From Candidatus Omnitrophota bacterium (GTDB lineage Bacteria > Omnitrophota > Gorgyraeia > JAHJTE01), in contig JAHJTE010000003.1 of assembly GCA_018830005.1 (NCBI GenBank), positions 7,674 through 71,673 on the forward strand: 64,000 bases of DNA, in the 5' to 3' direction. Positions 50,701 through 60,468 of the stretch are shown piece by piece. A program made the position numbers and the translations under genes. The notes under the pieces are model-generated. The model ran no database searches, was not told the DNA's origin, and was given only the letters and a program-made list of their open reading frames with translations. Numbering within the stretch: position 1 is the first letter of the stretch; every line of letters starts with the position of its first letter.

Positions 50701-51253
50701 TCTGGAATATGTCTATTTTATCTACATATTCTTTTAATAGATAAGTGTTGCCAAGTAGTGAGGTTATGCTTTTCTCTTTAAATTCCGAGAAGACAAAAAA
50801 GACTGGACTTGCAAAAAATTCATTCCTGATTTCTTTTATCAACGCTTGCGTCTTATCGCTCTTCTCCCATTTGACATCAGAGATAATCTTATAGAGGATG
50901 CTCTTAGTAAAAAGGCTCAATTTACTTTCTGGATAAGAATTTAGAAGATCAACCAATTCAGGAATGGCCATTGAAAACTCTGACTTCAAAAAATAATATT
51001 CGGCTATAGCGAATTTAGCCTCGGCAGCATACCTGTACTCAGAATCTTCTCTTAAGAGTTCAGTCAAACTCAAAAAAGCAAAATCCTGCCTTCCCTCCTT
51101 GGCAAAATGCCGAGCGTCATTATAAAGAGCATCAACAGAAGTAAAAGAAGCACAGGATGTTAAAACTCCTAAGCAGGAGAATATCAAAATAAATATCACA
51201 ATCCTTGGTTTCAATTTACCCCCTCCAATAGCCTTGCCTCTTGCCTTAGGCAA
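50669..51253 (-). CDS. lipoprotein with TPR-like helical repeats (hypothetical)
   Basis: Signal peptide with lipobox LTSC, 194 aa helical; overlaps downstream gene by 32 bp. Confidence 0.45.
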   Translation of the reverse strand: MPKARGKAIGGGKLKPRIVIFILIFSCLGVLTSCASFTSVDALYNDARHFAKEGRQDFAFLSLTELLREDSEYRYAAEAKFAIAEYYFLKSEFSMAIPELVDLLNSYPESKLSLFTKSILYKIISDVKWEKSDKTQALIKEIRNEFFASPVFFVFSEFKEKSITSLLGNTYLLKEYVDKIDIFQNDKLFLSVSP

Positions 51254-51314
51254 GAATACAGCAAGTTCATTTGGCCTTATTTTTCAGTTATTATAACACC
51301 TTACTTGCGTTAAA

Positions 51315-51731
51315 TCAATAAGTTAAGTATTTACGTAGGAGCTTCCATGTATTACGGCCAACCTTGCCATCAACCAAAAGATCATGCGTCTTCTGAAAGG
51401 CCCTGATAGCCGCTTTTGTCTTTGGGCCTAACTTGCCATCAATTTTATCAACATCAAAACCAGCGGACTTTAGGGCCTTCTGTATCTCTTCCACATTGCC
51501 AGGGAGATTTGACTCAACTTCCTGCTGTATTTGTTCAGGGGCATCTTTCTCTTCTTCCTCCTGCAACTCCTCGGCTAGAATAGAGGCATTAATCGTTGAC
51601 ATATCCACAATAATCTCAGGCACATCAGACTGCGCACCTATAAGTGTTTGCTTTCTTATATTAAATATAATCTGCAAAATTATAAATATAATAAATACTG
51701 TAATTAAGCCTGACCAGAATTTTTTAGACAT
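51315..51731 (-). CDS. membrane-anchored peptidoglycan-binding domain protein
   Basis: N-terminal TM, acidic linker, C-terminal PG_binding_1-like motif (DGKLGPKTKAAIRAFQ...DGKVG). Confidence 0.6.
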   Translation of the reverse strand: MSKKFWSGLITVFIIFIILQIIFNIRKQTLIGAQSDVPEIIVDMSTINASILAEELQEEEEKDAPEQIQQEVESNLPGNVEEIQKALKSAGFDVDKIDGKLGPKTKAAIRAFQKTHDLLVDGKVGRNTWKLLRKYLTY

Positions 51732-51757
51732 TATTTCCTAGCAATTAGTGATCTTGA

Positions 51758-52024
51758 CTACTTATGAATCTTTTTCTCCTTAATCTTGCCTATATTTATT
51801 ACTGTTGCTGTTCGCCTCGTCTTGTAGGTAGCCCTCCGTTTCGTAAAATACACCTTCCCTGTTTCTAATGCATAAAGGGTACCTCTACCACCAACATGAA
51901 TACCCGGTTTCCACTTTCCGCCCTCGCGAGTAAGAATCGCACCCTTTCTGACTTCTTCACCAGAACTCACCTTTAATCCTCTAGTCTCTTTATAATTTAT
52001 ATGAGACAACCCGCCTTTTCTCAT
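51758..52024 (-). CDS. rpmA: divergent ribosomal protein bL27 homolog
   Basis: Core GEEV.KGAIL.R..G.K...G.HVG.GR..TLYA...GKVYF aligns with the bL27 consensus; 88 aa; N-terminus lacks the canonical AHKK. Confidence 0.55.
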   Translation of the reverse strand: MRKGGLSHINYKETRGLKVSSGEEVRKGAILTREGGKWKPGIHVGGRGTLYALETGKVYFTKRRATYKTRRTATVINIGKIKEKKIHK

Positions 52025-52045
52025 CCAAGCCTCCTGATTTTGATT

Positions 52046-52915
52046 TTATTCACAGTTTTCATCACATGGCTCCATGTGGATTACGACATCGCTTACTCCT
52101 GCAATCTCCTTCTTGATTTTTTGTTCAATAAATGAACTCAAATCATGGGCATCAGCAAATCTTGTGCGCTTATTGATTAGAACATGTAAATCCATATGGA
52201 CATCATCAGCCCTGCCGCGTGTTCTAATCTTGTGACATTTTATTACGCCCGGCACCTCAAGACAAATCTGTTCAATCCTTTTTGCCTCAACAACAGTAGT
52301 ATCGCATAGCACCTTTGAGGCCTCAAGAATTATCTCAACTGCAACCTTTCCGATAAAAATACTGATCATTAAAGCAATAATGGGATCTAACATTACCATG
52401 CCCATCTTCACAGCTAAAAAACTAAAAAGAACTGACAAAGACGTAAAGATATCTGCTCTCGTATGCATGGAATCCGAAATCAGTATATCACTAGCAAGAC
52501 GCTTTCCTTCTCTATGCTCATAAATCATAACTCCTAGATTAATTGCCAACGTCAACAGCATCACACTTACGCTGACAATATCAATGTTGGGCGTAATTGG
52601 ACTGATTACCCTTTTTAGACTTAAAGAAATAATATTAAAACAAGCCAAAAAAAGCAATAAGGCTATGCCGATTGAAGTAAGTGTCTCGTATTTCTTATGG
52701 CCATAGGGATGATCTTTATCAAGAGGCAGATAAGCAATCCAAACCCCCAGTAATCCGATGATATTAGAGGCACTATCTGAAAAGGAATGAAAACTATCTG
52801 CAACCATACTTGTACTGCCTATTTTCTGGCCGAAAATAAATTTAGCCAAGGCCACAGCAAAATTTAGAAACAGGGTTAAAATAAGCACCCTCTTGATTTG
52901 GCTACCCTTTCCCAT
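52046..52915 (-). CDS. cation diffusion facilitator family metal efflux transporter
   Basis: 6 TM helices, HSFSD/ADSFH motifs, C-terminal cytoplasmic domain; 289 aa. Confidence 0.85.
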   Translation of the reverse strand: MGKGSQIKRVLILTLFLNFAVALAKFIFGQKIGSTSMVADSFHSFSDSASNIIGLLGVWIAYLPLDKDHPYGHKKYETLTSIGIALLLFLACFNIISLSLKRVISPITPNIDIVSVSVMLLTLAINLGVMIYEHREGKRLASDILISDSMHTRADIFTSLSVLFSFLAVKMGMVMLDPIIALMISIFIGKVAVEIILEASKVLCDTTVVEAKRIEQICLEVPGVIKCHKIRTRGRADDVHMDLHVLINKRTRFADAHDLSSFIEQKIKKEIAGVSDVVIHMEPCDENCE

Positions 52916-53101
52916 GTCTATCCTTTTTCTACTATAATTAATAAATCCCTATCTTGCCGCTAGGAAGCAAAGAAAAAAATGAATGGAACCTCGCGAGTTT
53001 ACCCTATAAAATGCGCCCTATAATTGTGCAAATTCTGCAGGGAAACATTTTACAGGACTGCTCCAACAAGCTCCATTCAAAGTCCCTTCTATTCAGTCTT
53101 C

Positions 53102-53524
53102 CTATTTTGCTACTTTAAATTTTTCGTTTAATTTCGAAAAGATATAAGAAGATGCTGCGTCCTGTAGGTGGCTATTCAAACAAATTATCTCTACGCTGGT
53201 AAGATTGGGTTTTTCTGCTTTGAAAAATAAACCTACCTCCGTAGTGTCAATTGCGTCTTCAAAATTAATCGCTATAATCTGACCTATCTGGCTATCTTTT
53301 TTAAAGACTTCAGCCTCCATGCTTTCTAAGATTTCCAGGCACTCAGTAAAACAGCCAGAAAAAGAACATCGAAAGGCCGCTACTTCCCCTTGGCCTCTTT
53401 TTCTCTCAAGTGCCTCTGTGGATGAACCCCAGAATTTCTTTCCTGCCTCTTGTAAGTTTGCACAACTTACCAGGGGAATCGAAAGAATACAGATAAAAAT
53501 TAAAGTTCTAAATTTCCCATTCAT
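53102..53524 (-). CDS. lipoprotein (hypothetical)
   Basis: Signal peptide with lipobox LVSC, 140 aa, Cys-containing. Confidence 0.4.
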   Translation of the reverse strand: MNGKFRTLIFICILSIPLVSCANLQEAGKKFWGSSTEALERKRGQGEVAAFRCSFSGCFTECLEILESMEAEVFKKDSQIGQIIAINFEDAIDTTEVGLFFKAEKPNLTSVEIICLNSHLQDAASSYIFSKLNEKFKVAK

Positions 53525-53649
53525 TGTTGCTAATTATACCAAGAAAACGTCTCTTTTGCAAATATCTAACTAAACTAACAAGGTGAAGTCTCTTACTAGA
53601 CGAGAAAGGCTTATGGCTCTCTAGAAAAACCCCCTGCCTAGTTTCTGGC

Positions 53650-55035
53650 CTATTTTGGGTCACTGATCAACACTGACTTTATCTTCTTCCAGCGGCCTAT
53701 CTCAAACCAGATCAAAATAAGGATGCCATTTAGAGCATAGGAAGTAGCAAGTGCCAACCATACTCCGTATAACCCTAAGGAAGTGTACTTAGAAAGGTAG
53801 AATGCTGCAGGTATCAAATACAACCATAAGCTAAAAAGCGCAATCAACATTGGGACCAGTGTATCTCCTGCACCTCCTAAGGCCCTATTTAATACCAGAC
53901 CCAAAGCAATAAAAACATAAAAGGGAGCGCAGGTCTTGATAAACTCAGAACCCAATAGCACAACTTCAATATTCTTCGTAAATACCGAAATAACCTCTTT
54001 TGAGAAATAAAATAAAAGGATGCCGACAATCGCCATAATTATAAAATCGAAACCGGTTGCAACCCAAGCGCTTTTTCTAGCGCGAAGGATCTTTCCTGCA
54101 CCCATATTCTGCCCCATCATAGTTGCTGCAGCCACACCCAATGCAAACGCAGGCATCAATATATTAAAATTAATTCGCATGACAATACCAAAGGCAGCAA
54201 CAGCAACAGTTCCAAAACTAGCAACAATACCAATTAAAACCATGCCCGACACAGACCTAAAGAGCATTTGCAATCCTGCAGGCAGACCAATCTTGACTAC
54301 CTGCCTAATAACTCCAAAGTCAAATCTATAGTTTTTAAAATCAACGCTTACTCGACTCTTTCGGCTGTTAAGAAGTCTTAATGCTAAAAATGCTGAGATA
54401 CCTTGACCAATAATAGTTGCTACCGCTGCACCACTTGTTCCCATTCGGGGTAGGCCAAACCAACCAAAGATAAACACAGGGTCAAGAATAATATTAAATA
54501 TGTTGGCAAGTCCCATAAACACCATGGTCGGCAACACATCACCTGCTCCCTGCAAAACCGAATTCCCCAAAAAAAGCAGTATCAACGTAAAGCTCCCTAG
54601 CATCAATATCTTTAGATAATTCTCACCCTGTAAAATTACCTCACTGCTAGCTCCCAGAATGAATAACAAATTATTTGAGAAAAACATACCTATGATTGCT
54701 GCGATTAACGCAAGTATCAATCCTAAGGCCAATGACTGAATCGCAATAATATCAGCGCCTCTTCTATTCTTGGCTCCGACATTTTTTGCTACTAGAGAAA
54801 TCGTTCCAATTGAAATACCGCTTACTAAAGTAAAAACAAACATCATTACTGTGCTGCTTATTGCAACAGCAGCGATTGAATCCGGCCCCAGACGACCTAC
54901 CCAAAACATATCGACAAGACTTTGCATACCATGCAACAAGGCACCCACCATAAGCGGCAAAGACAAGGCTATAATATTCTTAAGGATACTCCCCTGGGTA
55001 TAATTGTTGTCTCTTGCAAATAGTTTTTTAATCAT
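53650..55035 (-). CDS. MATE-family efflux transporter
   Basis: 461 aa, 12 TM helices, NorM-like N-terminal motif (LSLPLMVGALLHGMQSLVDMFWVGRLG). Confidence 0.85.
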   Translation of the reverse strand: MIKKLFARDNNYTQGSILKNIIALSLPLMVGALLHGMQSLVDMFWVGRLGPDSIAAVAISSTVMMFVFTLVSGISIGTISLVAKNVGAKNRRGADIIAIQSLALGLILALIAAIIGMFFSNNLLFILGASSEVILQGENYLKILMLGSFTLILLFLGNSVLQGAGDVLPTMVFMGLANIFNIILDPVFIFGWFGLPRMGTSGAAVATIIGQGISAFLALRLLNSRKSRVSVDFKNYRFDFGVIRQVVKIGLPAGLQMLFRSVSGMVLIGIVASFGTVAVAAFGIVMRINFNILMPAFALGVAAATMMGQNMGAGKILRARKSAWVATGFDFIIMAIVGILLFYFSKEVISVFTKNIEVVLLGSEFIKTCAPFYVFIALGLVLNRALGGAGDTLVPMLIALFSLWLYLIPAAFYLSKYTSLGLYGVWLALATSYALNGILILIWFEIGRWKKIKSVLISDPK

Positions 55036-55112
55036 GCCTAAATAAAGAAAAATGCTGATGACTTTTTTGCCATCAGCTATTTAAAAGTTATATTTTTTAA
55101 AGGCCTTAAAAC

Positions 55113-56801
55113 TCAAGTCTTAAAAGCAGAATTCTTTTCCAGGACTGCGAAGTCTGCCTTTTTAACCTTATCATAAGAAAACTGCCCCAAGGCAGCTTGA
55201 GCAATATTCGTAAGGTGATCTGCAACCTTCTCCAGATTATTGATAAAATCAACATAAATCATTGCGCTTAAAGGCTCGCATTTCTTCTCGCACAACCTTT
55301 TTGTATGTTCGTCGAAAAACTTAACATGAATACGATTTACCTCACCCTCTAAAACTAAAACGCGCTTGGCGCAATTCTCATCAGAAGTCAAAATAGCAGG
55401 AATAACATTTTCGAACATCTCTTCAATCTTACCGTAGATAGTACGCATCTCAGCAATCGCATTGTTGGAAAATTTTACTTTTTCAGAAACAATCCTTTCT
55501 ATCAACTCGCCTACATTTACAGCATGGTCTGAGATTCTTTCGATATCATTAATCGTATGTAAAAGCGGCGGTAGTTGTTCTGATATATTTAACGTAAGGG
55601 CATCGGTTGAAAGTTTGGCTAAATAGAAGGTAATATCATGTTGAATATTATCAATCGCATCTTCGGTAGTCTTTATATGTTGGATTGTTTTTTTATTTTC
55701 CTCAAAGAAACTCGTCACTGCCAAGGCAAATACCTTCTTTGCCATACCCGCCATATAGGCAATTTCTTTTTTGGCAGCATCAATGGCAAGATGAGGAGTT
55801 GCAAGCAATTTATCCTGAAGATATTTCATCTCTCCGCTAATATAGGCGTCCTCTCCGGAAATAATATGTTTGATAAACTTAGAGGTAATGCCGATAATAG
55901 GGATAAATACCAAGGCATTCACAACATTGAACAATGTATGGGCATTGGCAATGTTTCTTGCGATAGTGTCTGTGTTAATAACTCCCGGCGTAATCCAATC
56001 AACGACTTTAGGGAATATTCCCCAATAAGTAAGAAAACCAAAATAGACCACACCGATAATATTAAATATAGTATGAAAACAGGCCATGCGTTTAGCAGAA
56101 AGTGTCCCGCCAATACTGGCAAGCCAGGCAGTAACCGTTGTGCCAATGTTATTGCCTAATAGTATATAGATGGCTGCCTGAAAATCAATCAGACCTGCAC
56201 CGCTTAAGGCAATTAACATACCTACAGAAGCAGAGCTTGATTGAACCAAACTCGTAAAAATTGTGCCGGCTAAAATTCCTAGAAGAGGTTTTTGAGAACA
56301 TTGGGCAAAGAAATTATGCACCGCGGAAATATCCTTAAGCGGCTTTGCTACTCCGGACATAATTGACAGGCCTAAAAATAAGATACCCAATGCAAGTATT
56401 ACCTGACCCCAAAACTGCGTTTTCATCCTGCGAGAAAAAAGCATCATAAATAAACCCAGTCCTATAGCAGGTAATGCATATTGAGATATCTTAAAGGCAA
56501 TAATCTGGGCAGTAATAGTGGTACCGATATTTGCTCCCACAACTACACTTGCAGATTGAGCTAAGGAAATAATTCCGGCATTAATCAAACCAACGAGAAT
56601 GATAGTAGTCGCACTACTTGACTGGATTAATCCTGTAACTAAAGTTCCTGTGGCAATGCCCTTAAAAGGATTGCCAGTCAAAGAACGCAGTAACCTTCTC
56701 AGCTTAGTTCCAGCAACCTTCTGCAGTCCTTCGGAAAGGAATCTCATTCCAAAGATAAAAAGGCCTAGTCCACCAACTATTCCGAAAATAATATCTTTCA
56801 T
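55113..56801 (-). CDS. Na+/phosphate cotransporter (NptA family) with C-terminal PhoU-like domains
   Basis: Duplicated QSSSAT/QSSSAS motifs typical of the Na/Pi-cotransporter II-related family, then a soluble PhoU-like helical tail; 562 aa. Confidence 0.85.
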   Translation of the reverse strand: MKDIIFGIVGGLGLFIFGMRFLSEGLQKVAGTKLRRLLRSLTGNPFKGIATGTLVTGLIQSSSATTIILVGLINAGIISLAQSASVVVGANIGTTITAQIIAFKISQYALPAIGLGLFMMLFSRRMKTQFWGQVILALGILFLGLSIMSGVAKPLKDISAVHNFFAQCSQKPLLGILAGTIFTSLVQSSSASVGMLIALSGAGLIDFQAAIYILLGNNIGTTVTAWLASIGGTLSAKRMACFHTIFNIIGVVYFGFLTYWGIFPKVVDWITPGVINTDTIARNIANAHTLFNVVNALVFIPIIGITSKFIKHIISGEDAYISGEMKYLQDKLLATPHLAIDAAKKEIAYMAGMAKKVFALAVTSFFEENKKTIQHIKTTEDAIDNIQHDITFYLAKLSTDALTLNISEQLPPLLHTINDIERISDHAVNVGELIERIVSEKVKFSNNAIAEMRTIYGKIEEMFENVIPAILTSDENCAKRVLVLEGEVNRIHVKFFDEHTKRLCEKKCEPLSAMIYVDFINNLEKVADHLTNIAQAALGQFSYDKVKKADFAVLEKNSAFKT

Positions 56802-56856
56802 AATTTCAAAGTTTTCCCTTTAATCCAGTATACAATAACATAAAAAAAAATTAGAT

Positions 56857-57333
56857 TCAAGTTAAATTAAATAACGATTTCTTCTGACACTTCCGGCATA
56901 TATGCACTTCGCTAATTTTATCATTTAGCCTTACATTAATGTGGTTAGCCTTATAAATAGGGCTCTTGCAATAGTCACAGCTAAATTTTTTGAAACAGGC
57001 CCGAGAGTTAACATTCCATTTAGAAATAATACGTATAAATTCGGATTTTAATTTTGCAGGAGGTGATAAATCTCTAATCTTTAAGTTGACTTTTACTTTA
57101 GGGTAGGAAATTTTTAAATTCTTCTGGCAGTTCCTACACAGGTGCAGAGGCGTCTTAAATTGCGCGATATAGAGCCAATGATGCCAGGCGCGCCTTAAGA
57201 CCCTACGGCAGTTTCCACATTTAAAAATTCGATAAACTCTGCCTGGCTTAATATGCCATGTCTTTACTATCTTTAGAAGTTGTTCCTGGGCTATATTAAG
57301 GTTTGCCTTCTGACTTTGACTCTTTTTGTGCAC
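56857..57333 (-). CDS. basic Cys-rich protein with two tandem CxxC...CxxC zinc-ribbon-like modules (hypothetical)
   Basis: KCGNCRR...CRNCQK and SCDYCKS...CRKCQK repeats; 158 aa; start 10 bp after the TreT stop. Confidence 0.5.
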   Translation of the reverse strand: MHKKSQSQKANLNIAQEQLLKIVKTWHIKPGRVYRIFKCGNCRRVLRRAWHHWLYIAQFKTPLHLCRNCQKNLKISYPKVKVNLKIRDLSPPAKLKSEFIRIISKWNVNSRACFKKFSCDYCKSPIYKANHINVRLNDKISEVHICRKCQKKSLFNLT

Positions 57334-57342
57334 CTTATTGAC

Positions 57343-58776
57343 TTAACTATTATTCCTCTTCGACTCCCAGATTGTTTTCACCTTACTTTTTAAATCATCA
57401 CTAGAGAAAGGCCATACAGTGCGGCCATAGAGCGCCTGCCTAATCTCCTGATAGGTCAAATCATTGATCCTAAAAGGCGGGATCTTATTGTCGATTTCCA
57501 AATAATAACGCATTAATATTAAATGTTTTTTCAGCATTTGAGGAAGAAGAAAATTTCTTTTTACATACTCATGAGCCTCTTTTCCCATTTTCTTGCGCAT
57601 CTGACCATCTTCTATTAAGGTCTTCATCCCGCACGCAACAGATTTTCTGTCATCAGGATTAACAAGAAAACCATTCGCTCCGTGTACAACCTGCTTCTGT
57701 ATGCCGCCGACCCTGCTTCCGATAACCGGCGTAGCGTGCCAAAGCGCCTCGGTGACAACAAGCCCAAAGCCTTCCTTGGTGGAAATATGTACAAAACAAT
57801 TTGCAATTGACATAAGCGAACCAATGACAATATCATTATTTTCCACGTTTAGAAGTAGATGAATATCCTTATCATCTTGGGCCTCCTGAGATACCTGGTT
57901 ATACATATCTATTCCCTCGGGGTCATCTGTAGCACTATTACCTACAATTATAAGAAGTGGTTTTAACTTCGCTGATATATTTTTCTTTAGCAGTTTAAAT
58001 GACTGAATTATGCCCTTTTGATTTTTATGAATGTCATAGCGAGAGACGGCGGCAATTATCGGCCGCTGCGGATCGATATTATGCTTATTAAATAAGTCAC
58101 TTAAATTATTCAGCGCTTCTTTCCTGGAAAATAATTTATTCTTAGCCCGCAGTGGATCTATTGAGGGCGTAATTTCATAAATAGGAATCTGAAGATTGCC
58201 TTTAGCAAAATCTTTTGTGCTAAATATCGCTCCTTCGTATTGATTAATATAAGGCAAGAGAAATCTCCAGATACGTCTGCTTGCATTAGAGGTATCAATG
58301 TGGCAGCGCCAGATAATATGTCCATAAATATTGCCGTACATGATGAGCGCTGCTGGCTGCGGGTCGTGGACAGTAACCATGTGACCAACTATTTTTACCT
58401 TTCTCGTATTTTCACTTAGGGTATCTAAATATGCGTGGAAGATTTCCTCTAAGGTTATCGGCTGATCAACTCCCTGAATTAAATTATGGAATTTTTTGGT
58501 CACTGCGAAAAAGTCAGGACTGCCTTCCAAAACAAACCAGCGACAATCTATGCCTAGACCTCTTGCCAAAGGTATAACTCCCTGCAGCATCTCAGCAACT
58601 CCTCCTCCTACAAATGTTGAGTTCACATTAGCCCATACCTTGCCAGAAAGAGGCTCTGCTAACCATCTCAGCTCATCAACAAAGTGCTTGCCTGAAAATT
58701 CTTCATAACGTGAGATATCTACAGGCTTTAAACGAACATATTCGTTCTTAAATTTCCTCGAACGATCATCAAACAT
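57343..58776 (-). CDS. treT: trehalose glycosyltransferring synthase (TreT-like, GT4 family)
   Basis: NVNSTFVGGGVAEML...RWFVLEG, HDPQPAAL and WRCHID motifs match my recollection of archaeal/bacterial TreT; 477 aa. Confidence 0.7.
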   Translation of the reverse strand: MFDDRSRKFKNEYVRLKPVDISRYEEFSGKHFVDELRWLAEPLSGKVWANVNSTFVGGGVAEMLQGVIPLARGLGIDCRWFVLEGSPDFFAVTKKFHNLIQGVDQPITLEEIFHAYLDTLSENTRKVKIVGHMVTVHDPQPAALIMYGNIYGHIIWRCHIDTSNASRRIWRFLLPYINQYEGAIFSTKDFAKGNLQIPIYEITPSIDPLRAKNKLFSRKEALNNLSDLFNKHNIDPQRPIIAAVSRYDIHKNQKGIIQSFKLLKKNISAKLKPLLIIVGNSATDDPEGIDMYNQVSQEAQDDKDIHLLLNVENNDIVIGSLMSIANCFVHISTKEGFGLVVTEALWHATPVIGSRVGGIQKQVVHGANGFLVNPDDRKSVACGMKTLIEDGQMRKKMGKEAHEYVKRNFLLPQMLKKHLILMRYYLEIDNKIPPFRINDLTYQEIRQALYGRTVWPFSSDDLKSKVKTIWESKRNNS

Positions 58777-58921
58777 GTATCCTCCTTGAATCTATAACAA
58801 AAGCTATTAGATTTTATTTTACCTTAGTTTTAAAAAATGTCAAAACACAAATGAAAAATTTAATTACACAGATTATTTCAAAGAAATTTAAAAATAGACT
58901 TTTCTATATTTTTCTAATAGA

Positions 58922-59908
58922 ATGATACCTATGTTAAGAATCAGAAATTTAAAAATAGAGCCTGCGTTAATTTTGGCACCAATGTCAGGCATAAGCGATG
59001 TCCCGTTTAGAAAGATCATGAGGAAATTCGGCGTGCATCTGGCCTTCATGGAGATGCTTAATGTCAGGGCCCTACCATGCGCGAGGCAAAAAATTGATAG
59101 CTTGTTTAAACTTGAAAGTAGTGACTGGCCAGTCGGTATTCAATTATTAGGCACTGAAGAAAAATTTATTTTAAGGGCCTTAGAGATCCTCCATAAATAT
59201 AAATTAAGTATTATTGACTTTAATGCAGCCTGCCCTGTCAGAAAAGTAGTACGGCGTGGCGAAGGCGCAGCGCTTCTAAGGGAACCTAAAAAGCTATACA
59301 GGTTATTGAAGCTAATTAGAAAAAATACAGATTTGGCGCTTTCAGTGAAGCTAAGAACCGGCTGGAGTAAATCTTGCGTTAATGCGGTTGATATTGCAAG
59401 CTATGTCCAAGATGCAGGTCTAGACTGCATCTTTATCCACGGAAGGACAAGAGAACAGAAATATAGCGGTAATGTAGATTATGAAACAATAAAAAGAGTA
59501 AAGAAATCTGTCTCTATTCCCGTAGTTGCAAGTGGTGATATATTCTCAGCAGCTCTTGCAAAAAAGATGTTAGATGAAACCGCTGCTGACGGGCTCCTCT
59601 TAGCACGTGGAACGCTGGGACACCCTTGGTTGTTTAAAGAAATAAAGACGTATCTAGAAAGCGGCGTTGTGCCTAAGCTGCCCTCACTCGCCCAAAAATT
59701 CAAGGTTATCTTCCAACACCTTGATTTTTTAATTGATTTCTATGGAGAAAAAACAGCCTTAATTAAATTTCGCAAATTTATAGGCTGGTATCTTAAGGGT
59801 GAAAAGAATATCCGTGCAATCCGAAAACAAAGTAGTCAGATAAAAACCAAAAAAGAATTATCTAATCTGTTAAATAAATTCAGATTAATAAAAAAGGAGC
59901 TCAAATGA
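58922..59908 (+). CDS. dus: tRNA-dihydrouridine synthase
   Basis: ILAPMSGISDVPFR N-terminal FMN-TIM barrel motif, catalytic Cys (NAACP), 328 aa. Confidence 0.88.
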   Translation: MIPMLRIRNLKIEPALILAPMSGISDVPFRKIMRKFGVHLAFMEMLNVRALPCARQKIDSLFKLESSDWPVGIQLLGTEEKFILRALEILHKYKLSIIDFNAACPVRKVVRRGEGAALLREPKKLYRLLKLIRKNTDLALSVKLRTGWSKSCVNAVDIASYVQDAGLDCIFIHGRTREQKYSGNVDYETIKRVKKSVSIPVVASGDIFSAALAKKMLDETAADGLLLARGTLGHPWLFKEIKTYLESGVVPKLPSLAQKFKVIFQHLDFLIDFYGEKTALIKFRKFIGWYLKGEKNIRAIRKQSSQIKTKKELSNLLNKFRLIKKELK

Positions 59909-60468
59909 ACAAGAATGCGCTGATTATATTAGCGGATGGTTTTGAGGAGATTGAGGCGATTTCAGTGATTGATATACTGCGCCGGGCCTTTATCCACATA
60001 ACTGTCTGCGGCCTAGATAATATCACCCTGACAGGCTCGAGGAATATAAAAGTCCAAGCAGATATGAAACTCGATGACTTTAATGAAGATGTGGATGCCT
60101 TAGTCTTGCCTGGAGGCTCAAAAGGCGCTGATAACCTTTCTAAGTCCAATAAAGTTAAAGAATTAATCCTAAGGCTGAATCAAGAAAATAAGATAATCGC
60201 TTCGATATGCGCTAGTCCAGCGATTCTACTTGCACCACTGGGGATTTTAGATAAAAAATCAGCAACATGTTATCCGGGAATGCAAGATAAATTCTCTACT
60301 AGTACAAAATATGAAGAAAAAGATGTGGTTATAGATGGTAATTTAATAACGAGTCGCGGTCCGGCAACGGCAATTTCCTTTGCATTAAAAATTGTCGAGA
60401 AATTAACTAACGAAGATAGCGCTGAAGATATAAGAAAAAAATTATTGGCTCCTAGATATGCCGGATAG
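59905..60468 (+). CDS. DJ-1/PfpI (ThiJ) family protein
   Basis: 187 aa, nucleophile elbow IASICASP, overlaps dus stop by 4 bp. Confidence 0.85.
   Translation: MNKNALIILADGFEEIEAISVIDILRRAFIHITVCGLDNITLTGSRNIKVQADMKLDDFNEDVDALVLPGGSKGADNLSKSNKVKELILRLNQENKIIASICASPAILLAPLGILDKKSATCYPGMQDKFSTSTKYEEKDVVIDGNLITSRGPATAISFALKIVEKLTNEDSAEDIRKKLLAPRYAG

Noticed and set aside
52916-53101. 186-bp intergenic region upstream of the CDF gene, inspected for tRNA or ncRNA
   Set aside because: No cloverleaf-compatible stems, no conserved T-loop GTTC, and no strong hairpin. It is probably promoter and leader only.
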